Origin: a virus
Strand: one strand, 5' to 3'
Virus record (IMG/VR): IMGVR_UViG_3300045286_000131
Location: 6,728 to 70,727 of that record
DNA length: 64,000 bases
The translations under genes and the position numbers were made by a program. The notes under the pieces were generated by a model. It was not told the DNA's origin. It did not search any database and saw only the letters and a program-made list of their open reading frames with translations. Shown here piece by piece: positions 29,201-39,200 of the stretch (positions within the stretch are counted from its first letter, which is position 1; each line of letters opens with the position of its first letter).

Positions 29201-31655
29201 GCCGCCGGAGAAGCTGCCGGTTTTTGTGACCGTTGATCCGTTTGCCGGGGCCGGCGGATTGGCGGCGGCATCGCGGGAAAAAGGCGTGTCGAATGTTTCG
29301 CTGGAAATGGACGAGGATGCCATCCAGAAATTTATCATCCCGAAGGTGGAGGCCGCGAAGGAGCCGGAAGGCAATTACGTCGAGCCAACGACAGAACCGG
29401 CACCAAAAGGAGTCCGCGTTCAATACAAGAAAAAGGATGGAACATGGGCGCTGGGGACAACGCTCGGTGAAAAGTTCACTTCCGGCGGCTACGGTGAAGA
29501 CAGGTTTACGCAGCAAAAAATTCAGCCCGATGAAGGCTCTGAATTCTACGCGCTTGAGTCCGAACTGAAGCCGGCTGAGGAAGCAGCGGCAGCGCCGGTC
29601 GGGCAACCAAAGGGTGAATCAAAGCCGGCTATCTTTTACAAGGGCAAGGTTTACACCGGAGAAACGATTGACGCCGCAATCAAGGCGGCAAAGAAAAAGC
29701 TCGGAATTCCTGCCTCGCGAGGGATTAAGGGTGTTCGCCGGGGAACGGTTGATGCCGCCGGAAACTTTGCCGCCAGCGAGCCGAAGCAGGTAGAAAAAAA
29801 ATTCTCCGTCAAGCCCGGTGGGTTGACTGAAGCCGACGGCGACCTGTTTGCAATCGTTCACGACTTTGGAAAAATACCGATATTCATTCCCGACGGCGCG
29901 ATGAAGTCGCAATACCTGCGAATCAAGCGCAACCTTGCAACGGGAGGGGTTTTGTCCCCGAAGGACAGAAATCTTTGGGAGCGGCTGCAAAACATCTTCC
30001 CCGACGACTACGAGGATGTCTGGGGTGTGCGCGGTGAAAAGTCGAGGGCGGCATACGATGCCGCCAAAAAAGCTGGGATTGAAAACGAAATTTTCACCGT
30101 CGTTAAGAGCGCCAAAAAAGGCCAACTGGACGACCACTTGGACTTTATCCGCAATTTGCGCGGGAAAGATTTCTCCGCCGAAGACCTTTGGAATTTGATT
30201 GAGGGCCGGAGCGCCGCGCACTTAAAGGCCAAGCAGGGCGGGGAAGGAAAAATCGCTTCAGATGAAGACATCGCGGAGGCGGATGACAAGCTTCATGCAA
30301 GCATGGAGGAACCGATTGAGCCGGGTGAGGAAAATCTTGGCGACGTTGAATTCCTGCCGCCGGAAGAGTCGTCCGGCCAAGAAAAGCTAACGCCGAAAGC
30401 TTCGGAGCAGGCTTACGAGTCGTTGATGTATCTGGCGCAACAAATGAAGTCGGCGCGTGAAAGCGAAGCCACAGTCAAAAAGTTTGTCGAGGATGCGATT
30501 GCGGAAGGACAGTTGCTTGAGCCGGAAATCCAAGACGCGAAAAGGGTTCTTGAAAACTGGTATCCAAAGATGACTGAACCGCCGGCCGAAACGGAGCAGC
30601 AGCGAATCGAACGCGAGGGGAAAGAGGCATCGTCTCGCATTTCTGAAATGTTTCAAAAGCGGGAGCCGATGAAGCCCGGCGACAAAGTTTCGTTTTCCGG
30701 CGGCGACAAATGGCACGCGGACGTTTCGGGAACGGTTTTCGCAGTCCACAACGAGGGCAGAATTGTTGACGTTCAGCCGGAAGGCGCGCGTGCCGGCAAC
30801 ACAGTCCGAATCAATCTCAGCGACTACGGTGAATCCAAAGTCATTCCGCCGGAGCCGGCCAAGCCGGTTGCCCCCGATTTGTTTGGCGAAGTTGAGTCGC
30901 CAGTTCCGGCGGGCCAAGCCGAGTTCCGCCGCACGCCCGACACTATCAACGAGATGTCCGAGCAGCCGGAGCATTGGGAATATCGAATCCGCCAGTTGGA
31001 CTATGACGAGGCGCGCAAACTGTTTTCGACCGACTTCACGCGCAACGCCATCGGCTATATTGACAAGCCTTGGATCGTGGAAAGCCGCCGCGTTCACGGC
31101 AACCAAGTCCACGACTGGTTTGCGATGTCTGCCGGCCGGACGAAAGCGGACGCAATTTCCGGCATCGGCAAAAACGAAGAGGTTTTTGGGACGATTGGAA
31201 AAGCCGGCGACAACTTCGGCAAGGCGACGGAAATCAAGCCTTTGGCCAAGGAGGAAATCAACGCGCCAAAGCCGGTGGAGGTTCGACCGCTGACCAAGGA
31301 CGAGCAGGAGGAGCTTTGGTCGTTGCGAAAAAAATACGCGGCGGCGCGCGACGAGGGAGCGCCGGGATTGACCGCCGAAGAGTCTCGCCGGATGGAATGG
31401 CTTGAAGCCACCGGAGGCCAGCAGGAACTAATGCCGGTTAAGGCGACCGTGAACGCGCAGGCGGAGGTTTCGACGCATTGGGAAAATGTCGCCGACTTGG
31501 TTGGAGAATACAAAAGCGGGAAGGAGTTTCGCGAGGATTTTGAAAAGAACAGTCTCGCGGAACACAACGAGACGGAAACCGAATACCTAAATTACAAGTT
31601 TTGCAAGGCCAAGAATCCGGTCGTGAAGAAGGGCAAGCTGCGCGCATTGGAGTGA
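26223..31655 (+). CDS. giant polyvalent virion protein with DNA amino-methyltransferase and ART-like domains
   Basis: N-terminal PDFDSL repeats; LFLDPPY (about 28740) and DPFAGAG; WYSGG..FWLASD..GKKGIVV..VVVF resembles ART-PolyVal. Confidence 0.75.
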   Translation: MPLPDFDSLQPATESPSKPAEKLSPDFESLKPAPDFDSLAPADAEGEKPSPLKIAAKPVPRSSEELGAQNFAGESSVIKDIKPAFIQAMQQHVKTPEDKARLDALVKAKFDTEKLPRSGVVGDAVTAAMQGPFEALGDMKKFADVESLWNEREQQRKLYNQTVEKYHDQLTKDGKAPSELEPPSATDKIGRLAFGVAHGAAGLGDFIASPFGVITGELSAIPETALAKSPLARNAVNVVQNAFSLGFGAQMASALPAEVSELYDEAMKPEKDRDWAKVGALAISTATTPFFAKMAIQHGLRTKLDRVYAQLNEQVSNTQLDPRFAYGAGFGIPAPQKAAVEKSQPQTEWYFDPKTEKLFRVLNLSTKKGAQNAPDTIVEPPSVQQERGGINEERETSTETGGGNRLPGEGGGEEPPQVVTPPQEEKPALNERDKKILVPLTRERNRLVMEGASQVDPRVVALDAQIKHHLEENRQTAANEIEMASVKPEDIQSLRLTPALMVDGKPVTGGANHNAIYEKLVAEAKARGSKSAEADAHEAKLDDSAHVFIDRAGRIQTRETAKPILSKMLGKEITDPVHSEMIPDRFKDLPKPAEPSGNILPKFDEPKKGISTWYSGGSEEAEGGIGDFWLASDKETADASARRKGGTTKQYAVDTSGFQVKKIPKKYDPTDWLDGTDHEAVEKARESGKKGIVVTNGKDSVVVVFEGNAELVKPTQESSPASTPVLPAPPVAPAVEPTKGIEAGTPPSEKKTQEDVVREALQSGPKSLKQLADELDIINHNIRRILGVGAKAGKFERIARGVYALKNKNGSYIYAQSTDAILAMPELAARGVKADFLFLDPPYKTAAIMGGNRGIKAYAMITPEDFNKIVAAAKVMMRTPDSPVYYMYSQAPSGLKDMQKYTDAFVQNGFTLVAKGGWTKTFKDGRPVTNVRGKVSEPEGIALFTLSGKTDAKPLPSLNFKSVRPPVAGEGGRQSQKPTELYSKLIGFHADELPPEKLPVFVTVDPFAGAGGLAAASREKGVSNVSLEMDEDAIQKFIIPKVEAAKEPEGNYVEPTTEPAPKGVRVQYKKKDGTWALGTTLGEKFTSGGYGEDRFTQQKIQPDEGSEFYALESELKPAEEAAAAPVGQPKGESKPAIFYKGKVYTGETIDAAIKAAKKKLGIPASRGIKGVRRGTVDAAGNFAASEPKQVEKKFSVKPGGLTEADGDLFAIVHDFGKIPIFIPDGAMKSQYLRIKRNLATGGVLSPKDRNLWERLQNIFPDDYEDVWGVRGEKSRAAYDAAKKAGIENEIFTVVKSAKKGQLDDHLDFIRNLRGKDFSAEDLWNLIEGRSAAHLKAKQGGEGKIASDEDIAEADDKLHASMEEPIEPGEENLGDVEFLPPEESSGQEKLTPKASEQAYESLMYLAQQMKSARESEATVKKFVEDAIAEGQLLEPEIQDAKRVLENWYPKMTEPPAETEQQRIEREGKEASSRISEMFQKREPMKPGDKVSFSGGDKWHADVSGTVFAVHNEGRIVDVQPEGARAGNTVRINLSDYGESKVIPPEPAKPVAPDLFGEVESPVPAGQAEFRRTPDTINEMSEQPEHWEYRIRQLDYDEARKLFSTDFTRNAIGYIDKPWIVESRRVHGNQVHDWFAMSAGRTKADAISGIGKNEEVFGTIGKAGDNFGKATEIKPLAKEEINAPKPVEVRPLTKDEQEELWSLRKKYAAARDEGAPGLTAEESRRMEWLEATGGQQELMPVKATVNAQAEVSTHWENVADLVGEYKSGKEFREDFEKNSLAEHNETETEYLNYKFCKAKNPVVKKGKLRALE

Positions 31656-31680
31656 AATATGCCCGAAGGCTTTTCAGACG

Positions 31681-31947
31681 ATGATTGCACGCCGGATGAT
31701 GCCGACGACGGGGTTGACGGCGTTGCGGAAGACGAAGGTGATGATTGATTTTTTTATGAGCATCCATCTTGAAAATTGCCCGTATTGCTTGGCATATCCG
31801 AATGTGACGACGGTTAAAAATCGCGCGAAGGTTTCCTGCCCGCATCAGGAAGTCACCGCAAAGTCATTGATTGACTGCCAGCCAATATGGAATAGTTGGG
31901 CAAACCGCGCGGCCGGCGCGCACGACAAAAATCAAATGAAGCCATGA
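31681..31947 (+). CDS. small Cys-containing (Lar-like) protein
   Basis: LENCPYC...VSC...IWN pattern; true start probably later (about 31757). Confidence 0.35.
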   Translation: MIARRMMPTTGLTALRKTKVMIDFFMSIHLENCPYCLAYPNVTTVKNRAKVSCPHQEVTAKSLIDCQPIWNSWANRAAGAHDKNQMKP

Positions 31948-33260
31948 GCCAATTCAGCAACAAAACCGTGATGGTTGTAGATTCTGGGCTGTTTTTCAGT
32001 CTAGCTCTGCGATTGGCGAAAGATTTCGGCCGCGTGCTTTTCTTCAGCGAGTGGGATTCGGCCTGCCCGTCCTTGGGCGAGGTTGCCGCCGGCGACGGAT
32101 TCGGCGAGGTCGAGCGCGTGAGGGATTTTTGGGCGAACGACCCTGTAACCAAAAAGCGCCTGATTGACGCCGTGGATTTGTTTATATTCCCGAACCTTGG
32201 AAACGAGGGGGTTCAGGATTATTTGCAGGCGCTTGGTAAAAATGTCTGGGGCAACCGCAACGGAGGCCGGCTGGAACAGAACCGCGAATATCTTTTGCGG
32301 CTTCAGTCCGAACTCAAAATAGATGTCCCCGGATACAAGGTTGTCGTCGGCATGGAAAACCTTCGCGCGCACCTGAAGGCGGTCGAGGACAAGTGGATTA
32401 AGATTTCGTTTTACCGGAACGACTGCGAAACCTTTCATCACCAGTCCTACGAGCAGAGCCGCGCCGAACTGGACGCGCTGGCGCTGAAATGGGGCGACTT
32501 GCAGGACATGATTCGGTTTGTCGTTTGCGACACCATCAAGACGGACATTGAAACCGGAGGCGACTTCATCTGCATTGACGGAAAGTTTGCGGATCACGCC
32601 GTCTTGGGATTCGAGAAAAAGAACCGCTGCTACCTTGCAACCATCAAACCCTACGGCGAGATTTCCGAGCGCGTCACCGGCATCAACGCCAAGCTCGCGC
32701 CGACGCTAAGGGAATACGGATACCGCAATTTTATTTCGTCCGAAATCCGCATTTACAAGGACAAGGATTATCTGATTGATATTACGAACCGAGCCGGCTT
32801 TCCGTCCGGCTATTCGCAGTTCAACCTTTACGCCAACCTGCCGGAGATTTTCTGGAACGGCGCGCAGGGCAAGCTTGTGCCGGTCAAGCCGGCCGCAAAA
32901 TTCTGCGTCGAGGCCATCATCGCGCACAAGGGGGACAAAACCCACTGGCGTAACATCCGCCTGCCGGATGAAGTGATGCTGAACGTAAACCTGATTTGTC
33001 CGGTGAAGCTGGACGACAATCTTTACGCCATCCCGCCGTTGTCCGACTCGACGCATATCATCGGCTCCGTTTGCGGCACCGGCAACACGGTCGAGGAAGC
33101 CATGAAGGCGGTTGACGCCGTGGTGGAGAAAATCAAGGACAACGAAATATCCGTGGACACGGAGGCGCTTTACGATTTAATCAAGGAAGCTGAAGAGTCG
33201 AAGAAGCATGGCATTGACTTCGCGAAGAAGCTGCCGAAGCCGGAGGCGGTCTTGACATGA
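31944..33260 (+). CDS. ATP-grasp enzyme (PurD-like fold)
   Basis: LEQNREY, KWIKIS, IETGGD, SEIRI..YLIDITNRAG. Confidence 0.7.
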   Translation: MSQFSNKTVMVVDSGLFFSLALRLAKDFGRVLFFSEWDSACPSLGEVAAGDGFGEVERVRDFWANDPVTKKRLIDAVDLFIFPNLGNEGVQDYLQALGKNVWGNRNGGRLEQNREYLLRLQSELKIDVPGYKVVVGMENLRAHLKAVEDKWIKISFYRNDCETFHHQSYEQSRAELDALALKWGDLQDMIRFVVCDTIKTDIETGGDFICIDGKFADHAVLGFEKKNRCYLATIKPYGEISERVTGINAKLAPTLREYGYRNFISSEIRIYKDKDYLIDITNRAGFPSGYSQFNLYANLPEIFWNGAQGKLVPVKPAAKFCVEAIIAHKGDKTHWRNIRLPDEVMLNVNLICPVKLDDNLYAIPPLSDSTHIIGSVCGTGNTVEEAMKAVDAVVEKIKDNEISVDTEALYDLIKEAEESKKHGIDFAKKLPKPEAVLT

Positions 33261-33280
33261 ATACGCGACTCGCGCACTAT
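33252..33280 (+). promoter_or_regulatory. putative promoter of the 3234-aa gene
   Basis: TTGACA-17 bp-CACTAT, ending 9 nt before the ATG; contains TACGCGACTCGCGCA. Confidence 0.5.
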
Positions 33281-33289
33281 TAAACCACT

Positions 33290-36200
33290 ATGATTCTCGC
33301 TTGCCCAAACATACGTCTCCCCGAATGGCAATCGCTCGAAAAAGAGCTTGGCGAGCGCCGCGCGTATCTCGCATTTATTCGCAACGGGCATGACATCCCG
33401 ACGGCAGGCAAGGCGAGGGAAATTTTGGGGATGAAGTCGGCGGAAAAGCAATTAGGCTGGTCAAAGGAAATCCAAAATCACCTTGCCACGCTTGAGCGTT
33501 TTGAGCGCGGTGAATTGCATTCCCAGCCCGGCGAGGTTGGAACATTTCGCTCGCAAATCGAAAATGAAATGTGGGCGCAAATGCAATCAGGAGGTTTTAC
33601 GCCCGAAATGGAAAAACAATGGGACAGACTTAACAGGCTTTTGCCAGAGCCGAGGCAGGAAAAGCCTTCCGTAGTCAAATCCAATGACGTTACCCCCACT
33701 CAAAAGCCAGTTGAGGACACCATCGAATCCGTCGCCGCGTCCTACGGCCAGACGATTCAGGATGGCGCAATGTATAACCGCAAGGGCAACAAGGTTGCGG
33801 ACATCAAGATTTCAAAAGGCCGGATGCGCTTCCTTGCGCCGGACGACGGGCATCAAATGGGCAGCATCCCCGAAGGCGACGTGAAGATGTTTGAGCGCGC
33901 CCTGAAGGAAAACTTTTACGCGCAGAAAACCCCGTCGCTATTGGATTATGCAAAATCAAAGCTGCCGCACGAAACCGCCGACAAAATCACCAGCGAGTCA
34001 CAGGTTGAATCCCACCGCGCACAGTGGGAAAAGGATTACCCGCGCATCGCTCCTGCAAAGCCTGAAGACAAGCTTTCTGGCCTTGCCAAGCGTCTTCTGG
34101 CCCTGCCTGCTGAACGGCGGGTGTATCCAATGGGGGACGAGAACACTTCGCTGCGACAGGATGTTTTAGAGGCGCTGACCGGCACGCGACCTCCGCGCGC
34201 CAAGGCCGGCGCTACGGCCGTCCGTTCCGCGCTGGCGAAGCATTTTGGCGTGGACGAAACCAAGCTGTCACAGGCCGGCGTTGAGGATGAAGTTGAAGCC
34301 AAGCTGCGCGAGTTGGCCGGGGAAAAGCCTGCGTCAACCACTTCCGAGAAACGGGTTGACGCAACGGTTTTTCCGCCAAAGCCGTTCATCGGAAAGAAGA
34401 CCGACGCCGAGGCCGGCGAAAACATTTTCAAGACGTTTCACGCGAAGCTCGAAGCGTGGGAGAAAAACGTCGGCGAATGGCTTAAAACCAAGCCGGAGAA
34501 CAAGCCGATTATTTGGGAGCAGGAAAATGGAAATGTCCGCGCGCTCACCCGCAACATCGGCAACCTTGAAAAACCGTGGCGCGTCACCAGCTTTGTTCCG
34601 AGCAGGGATGGAAACGCTTTGATGCCGTGGGGCCATCAGGAATACGAGACGCGCGAAAAGGCGATGATTGAGGAAGGCGGAACGCCGGCAAGGTTTCACG
34701 ACAAGATGCCGAAGCGTGTCATGGACGAGCAGGAGATTCAGGGCTACAAGCTCATGGCCGACGTGCCGGACAAGTCGAGTCTGGCGTGGTATAAGGTGAA
34801 GCCGGGCGCGCAGTTCAATTCTGAAAAGATTCGCGGTTCTACCATCATGGGGACGTTCGTGAAGGATTCGATGACCGGAGACGGCAAAATCGCGTTTACG
34901 AGTCCGATCCCGACCGACGACCCGGAGCGACTGAACTGGCTGGGGCTTGAGCCGACGGATTCCCCTGAAAGTCTTTCCATCAATCCGCCGAAGACGCCGG
35001 AGGACATCAACCCGAAGCCTGTCCCTGTTGACGACATCGGCCCGCTAAAGGCTACGGCCAGCGACAAGGCGGTTATTACCTTTGGCGACGACAAAACTGT
35101 TCGCGCGGCCAACCCTGAAATCTCCCTTGTGATTTCGGCCGGCGCAAAGCACTTCACGCTCTGGCTTCAGGATAACCGGCCCGGCAAGTCGCGGCGCTCC
35201 GACTACCTGACCATCCTTGGGCAAAACAAGGAAGAGGCGATTGCCCGCGCAAAAAAAGTTGCGGACAAACTGGCCGTTGGCGATGTCACTGGCATTGCAT
35301 TTTTCGGGAAGCAAAAATGGGAGCAGCCGAAATCCATCGGCATTTTTGACACGCCGGTTACTTCCGACCAACTCATGTCGCGCGACCTGACGCCGGTTGG
35401 AGAACAAGTGATTGGATTCGGCAAGATGGCCGGGACGCGCGTGAAGGATGTCTGGGCCAAAGACCCCGGCTGGGCGCTTTGGGCGGCGGAAAACATGACC
35501 AGCGGCAAGAATGCGCCGATTGGAAACTATCTCCGCAACCATCCTGAATACCAGATTGCGAAGGATGCCAAGACGGCGGAGATTGAGGAAAACAAAGGCG
35601 CGGCGATTGACGCCGTTACGCCGGAAGTTTTGAACACGCTTCAGGCGCACAAGCTCGGAGCGGAAGCAACCAACGACGGATTTGTTAAAATCACAGGAGA
35701 AACTTATGACTGGAAAGATTCGATTAAAGCCATCCAAGGCCGGCGCTGGGACGATGTTGAAAAAGCGTGGAAGCTCCCCGTCGCCGGGTTTAACGAATTT
35801 GTCCGAAAGCTCGCCGGACTCCCCAGACCAGATGCAAAGCGACAAGGCGCTGGCGTTCCAAAATATCTCCGCGATGAACGACTCGGAACTGTTAGAAAAA
35901 ATGCTGACGCACGGCCCGACCGCAGCGGATTCACGGACGCTATCGGAAACCATATCGGAGACGATACAAAAGCCCTTGTCTCGCGCGGGCTGAAAATCGG
36001 GATGCCGCAATTCGTGGTGGACGAGCAGGTTGAAGACGTTGCCAGAATCAACCGCGCGTTCAAGGACGGAAAAAAACTTTTCATTCTGGCGAGCGAGCCG
36101 GGCAGCGGAAAAACATTTGTGCTGGGCGGAGCAATCCGCGAGATGAAAAAGGCCGGCGCGAAAAACATTGTTTACGTCACGCTTCGCAAGGAACTCATTT

Positions 36201-39200
36201 CGCAGATTCAGCATGACTTGGCCGACTTCGGAATTGACGATGTAAAATTCATCACTTACCCGGAGATGCGGAAGGCTCCGCCGGCAGAGTCCGACGTGCT
36301 AATTTTCGACGAGGCGCACGCGATTAAAAACGTCAAGGATGCGGAGGAAGGCGGCGCGCAGCAGGCGAAGAAGGCGGCGGAATGGATCAGTAAGGCGAAG
36401 TTCACCATCCTGTCTTCGGCTACCCCGTTCGAGAATCCGGTGCAAGCCATGTATCTCGAACCTACCGGAATCTTCAGTGAAGCGTTTGGTGATGCCAAGA
36501 CGTTCGCCGAGGCTTACGGCGCTTCATCCCGCACGTTCAAGGTGAGGACAAAATACGGCGAGATTGAAAAGACGGAACTTTACTGGAAACGCACGACCAC
36601 CAGTGACGTTGACTCCAAGGCTGTCCGCGAATTCTTCCGCAAGGAAGGCGTGTTTACGTCGCGGAAAATCCGGTTGCCCGCCGGCTCCGCAGACTCGCGC
36701 ATGGTGAGCATCACCGTTTCCGAAGCGGCGGCAAAGGTTTACAAGGGATTCGACGAGGCGGCGGAAGAGCGCGAAGACCAGCTTCCGAAAATCGCCGTCA
36801 TGTGGGTTACGAATTTCAAAAAGCGGCTGCTTGAGGCGGCGAAGGTTCAAAAGGGAATTGAAGAGGCCGACGACGCTATGAAGCGCGGGCGCTGGCCGAT
36901 TCTGTTTGTCGAGACGAAGGCGGAGCGCAAGTTCGACATACCGGAGATTCTTGCCAAGGAAGAGGAATACAAGGCGGCTTGCGCCATTGTTGCCGCACAG
37001 CGCCAGCGTGGCAGCGACGAGCAATACCCGAAGCGTTCAGACTACGGATTACCGCCGGAAGGCATCCCCGAAGTCTTGGGTGAGTTCATGGAAAAGACCG
37101 GGCTGAAGACCATTGAAATCCCGTCGGCAATGGACATCATCCTAAAGCATTTCGGCGAGAAGAATGTCGCGGTGTTTACCGGCGACGTGACGCCGGCCAA
37201 GGCGCAGGAAAATCTTGACCGCTGGCGTGCGGCGAAGAAGCCGATGGTGATTCTGGCGACGATGGCGAAGGGCGGCACAGGGCTTTCCCTGCACGACAAG
37301 GTTGGCGACCACCAGACGACCCAAATCAACATCAACCTTCCGTGGACGGCAACGCAGGTTGTTCAAGTGGCGCAACGCTCTGCCCGCTACGGCATCAAAG
37401 GCAAGGCGGAGATGCAATGGATTTTCGCTGACAACATTCCCTTTGACCGCGCGCTTTCAAACCGCGTCGGCGGGCGCATGGCCGACATGGGCAGCGTCGT
37501 TCACGGTGCGGAACTGGAAGGCGCGTCCAACATTGAAGACTTTAATTTCGAGGACAAGCCTTTCAGCGAAGTGAATCAGGAAATCAGGGATGAAAATTCT
37601 GGGTCGAGCAAAAAGCAGGGAAAACTTCCGTTCAAGGGAGTTGAAAAGATTGTCGCCGCCGCCGTCAAGGACGCGGAAAGTGGCGAGGTTGAAACCGCAT
37701 CGCATCACGGCTATTTGGAGGGCATTGACGACTCTGAAAAGGAAGCCGGGTTTTATACTTCGCACAATCGTTTTGTTTCGCGGCGCGAGGCATACAAGAT
37801 TGCCAAAAATGCCGGGCAGTTGGTGAAAGGCGGAGGATGGTCGGATTCGACCGGCGTTCTTCATTCCGAGGACGTGGTAAATATGCCGCTTACCGACAAC
37901 CGGAAGTTTCTTGAATCAAGGGTTTCACCGCCGGCACAAGATGAAATTCACGGCCCGCTTTCGGCGCGCGAAACGCAGTCGTATCTTTACCGCAACTACG
38001 GGCTTCAGCCGAATTCAATGGCTGTTTTGCTTTTGCGGGATAGTAGCGACAAGGGCGATTGGGCTGGCCGCGCCGTATTCGACAAGCCGGGCGGGAGGTT
38101 TCTCCGCATCGAATACAACATGGACAAAATCACTTCAGCCGAGCAGTTGAAGTGGACGACCGAGCATGAAGTCGCGCACGTTGCGGTTGAGGACGGTTCG
38201 ATGCAGCAGGCGTTGGCTCTGGTAACGCGCGAAGAGATGTCTGGAATAATGCAGGACATTGCCGACGCCGACTACAAGCCGAGTGAATACTACGACGAGC
38301 AAAATGCGCGCGGGTTGCAGGCGCTAGTTCAATCGTGGCGCGGACGCAACTGGTTTGAAAAAGCCGTTGGAGCAGTCACCTACATTGCCAGCAAGGTTGG
38401 ATTGAAATTGAACCGGCTTTCGGCCGAGCAGGCGGCGGTCGTCGCGTGGAGCCGCGCGCTAGACAAGGTTAAATCGCAGCGCCCGGAGTTCACGGCGAGG
38501 GAGAAGCAAATACAAGAGGCCGGAAGGTTTGAAGACGTAAGCCAGCCGGGAACGAAAACCAGCTACGCCAAGACGCCGGAAGCCGGCGGTGAGCCGGAAC
38601 GCATTCCAACACAGATTGCCGGCGTCGAGACGCACGTTTTGGGACGCGACCAGTTGACCAAGGAAGACCGCAATGCTTCCGACGCCTACGCTGTTCGCGT
38701 GATGTCGGGGTTTAAGCTCCCCGGCTCCGCCGATCCGTTTTACGGCTTCAAAATCCAAGGCGACGGATTCAACTACGACGCCGAGGGCGAGATGCTTTTG
38801 GCGCGATTAACCAAGGACATCGTTGAAAAAGACCGGCCGGGCAATTCGTGGGTTAATTCCACCGGAATCATCAACGCTCTGAAGCTGAATTTCAACGCCG
38901 GCAACCTTGACGATGTTTTCTCGCCGGAGATGAAATACAAGCTGATGTCGGTCGCACAGGGAGAATCCAGCCGGCGCGGCATTGAGCTTGCGGCGTTGAA
39001 AGGTTCACCGGAGGACTTGCGCGGTGTTGCCCGCAACGCGGACTTCTATCTCCGCCGGACGTATGACGACGCCTTTGGCGGGCCGGAAGTCAAAAACCTG
39101 ATTGAGCGGATTTTCCTGAATTTCCGCGACCACTTCACCGACAAGGAAATTGATGATGCGCGCAGGTCGTTTCCCGCATTGGACGAAACTTTCAACCGCA

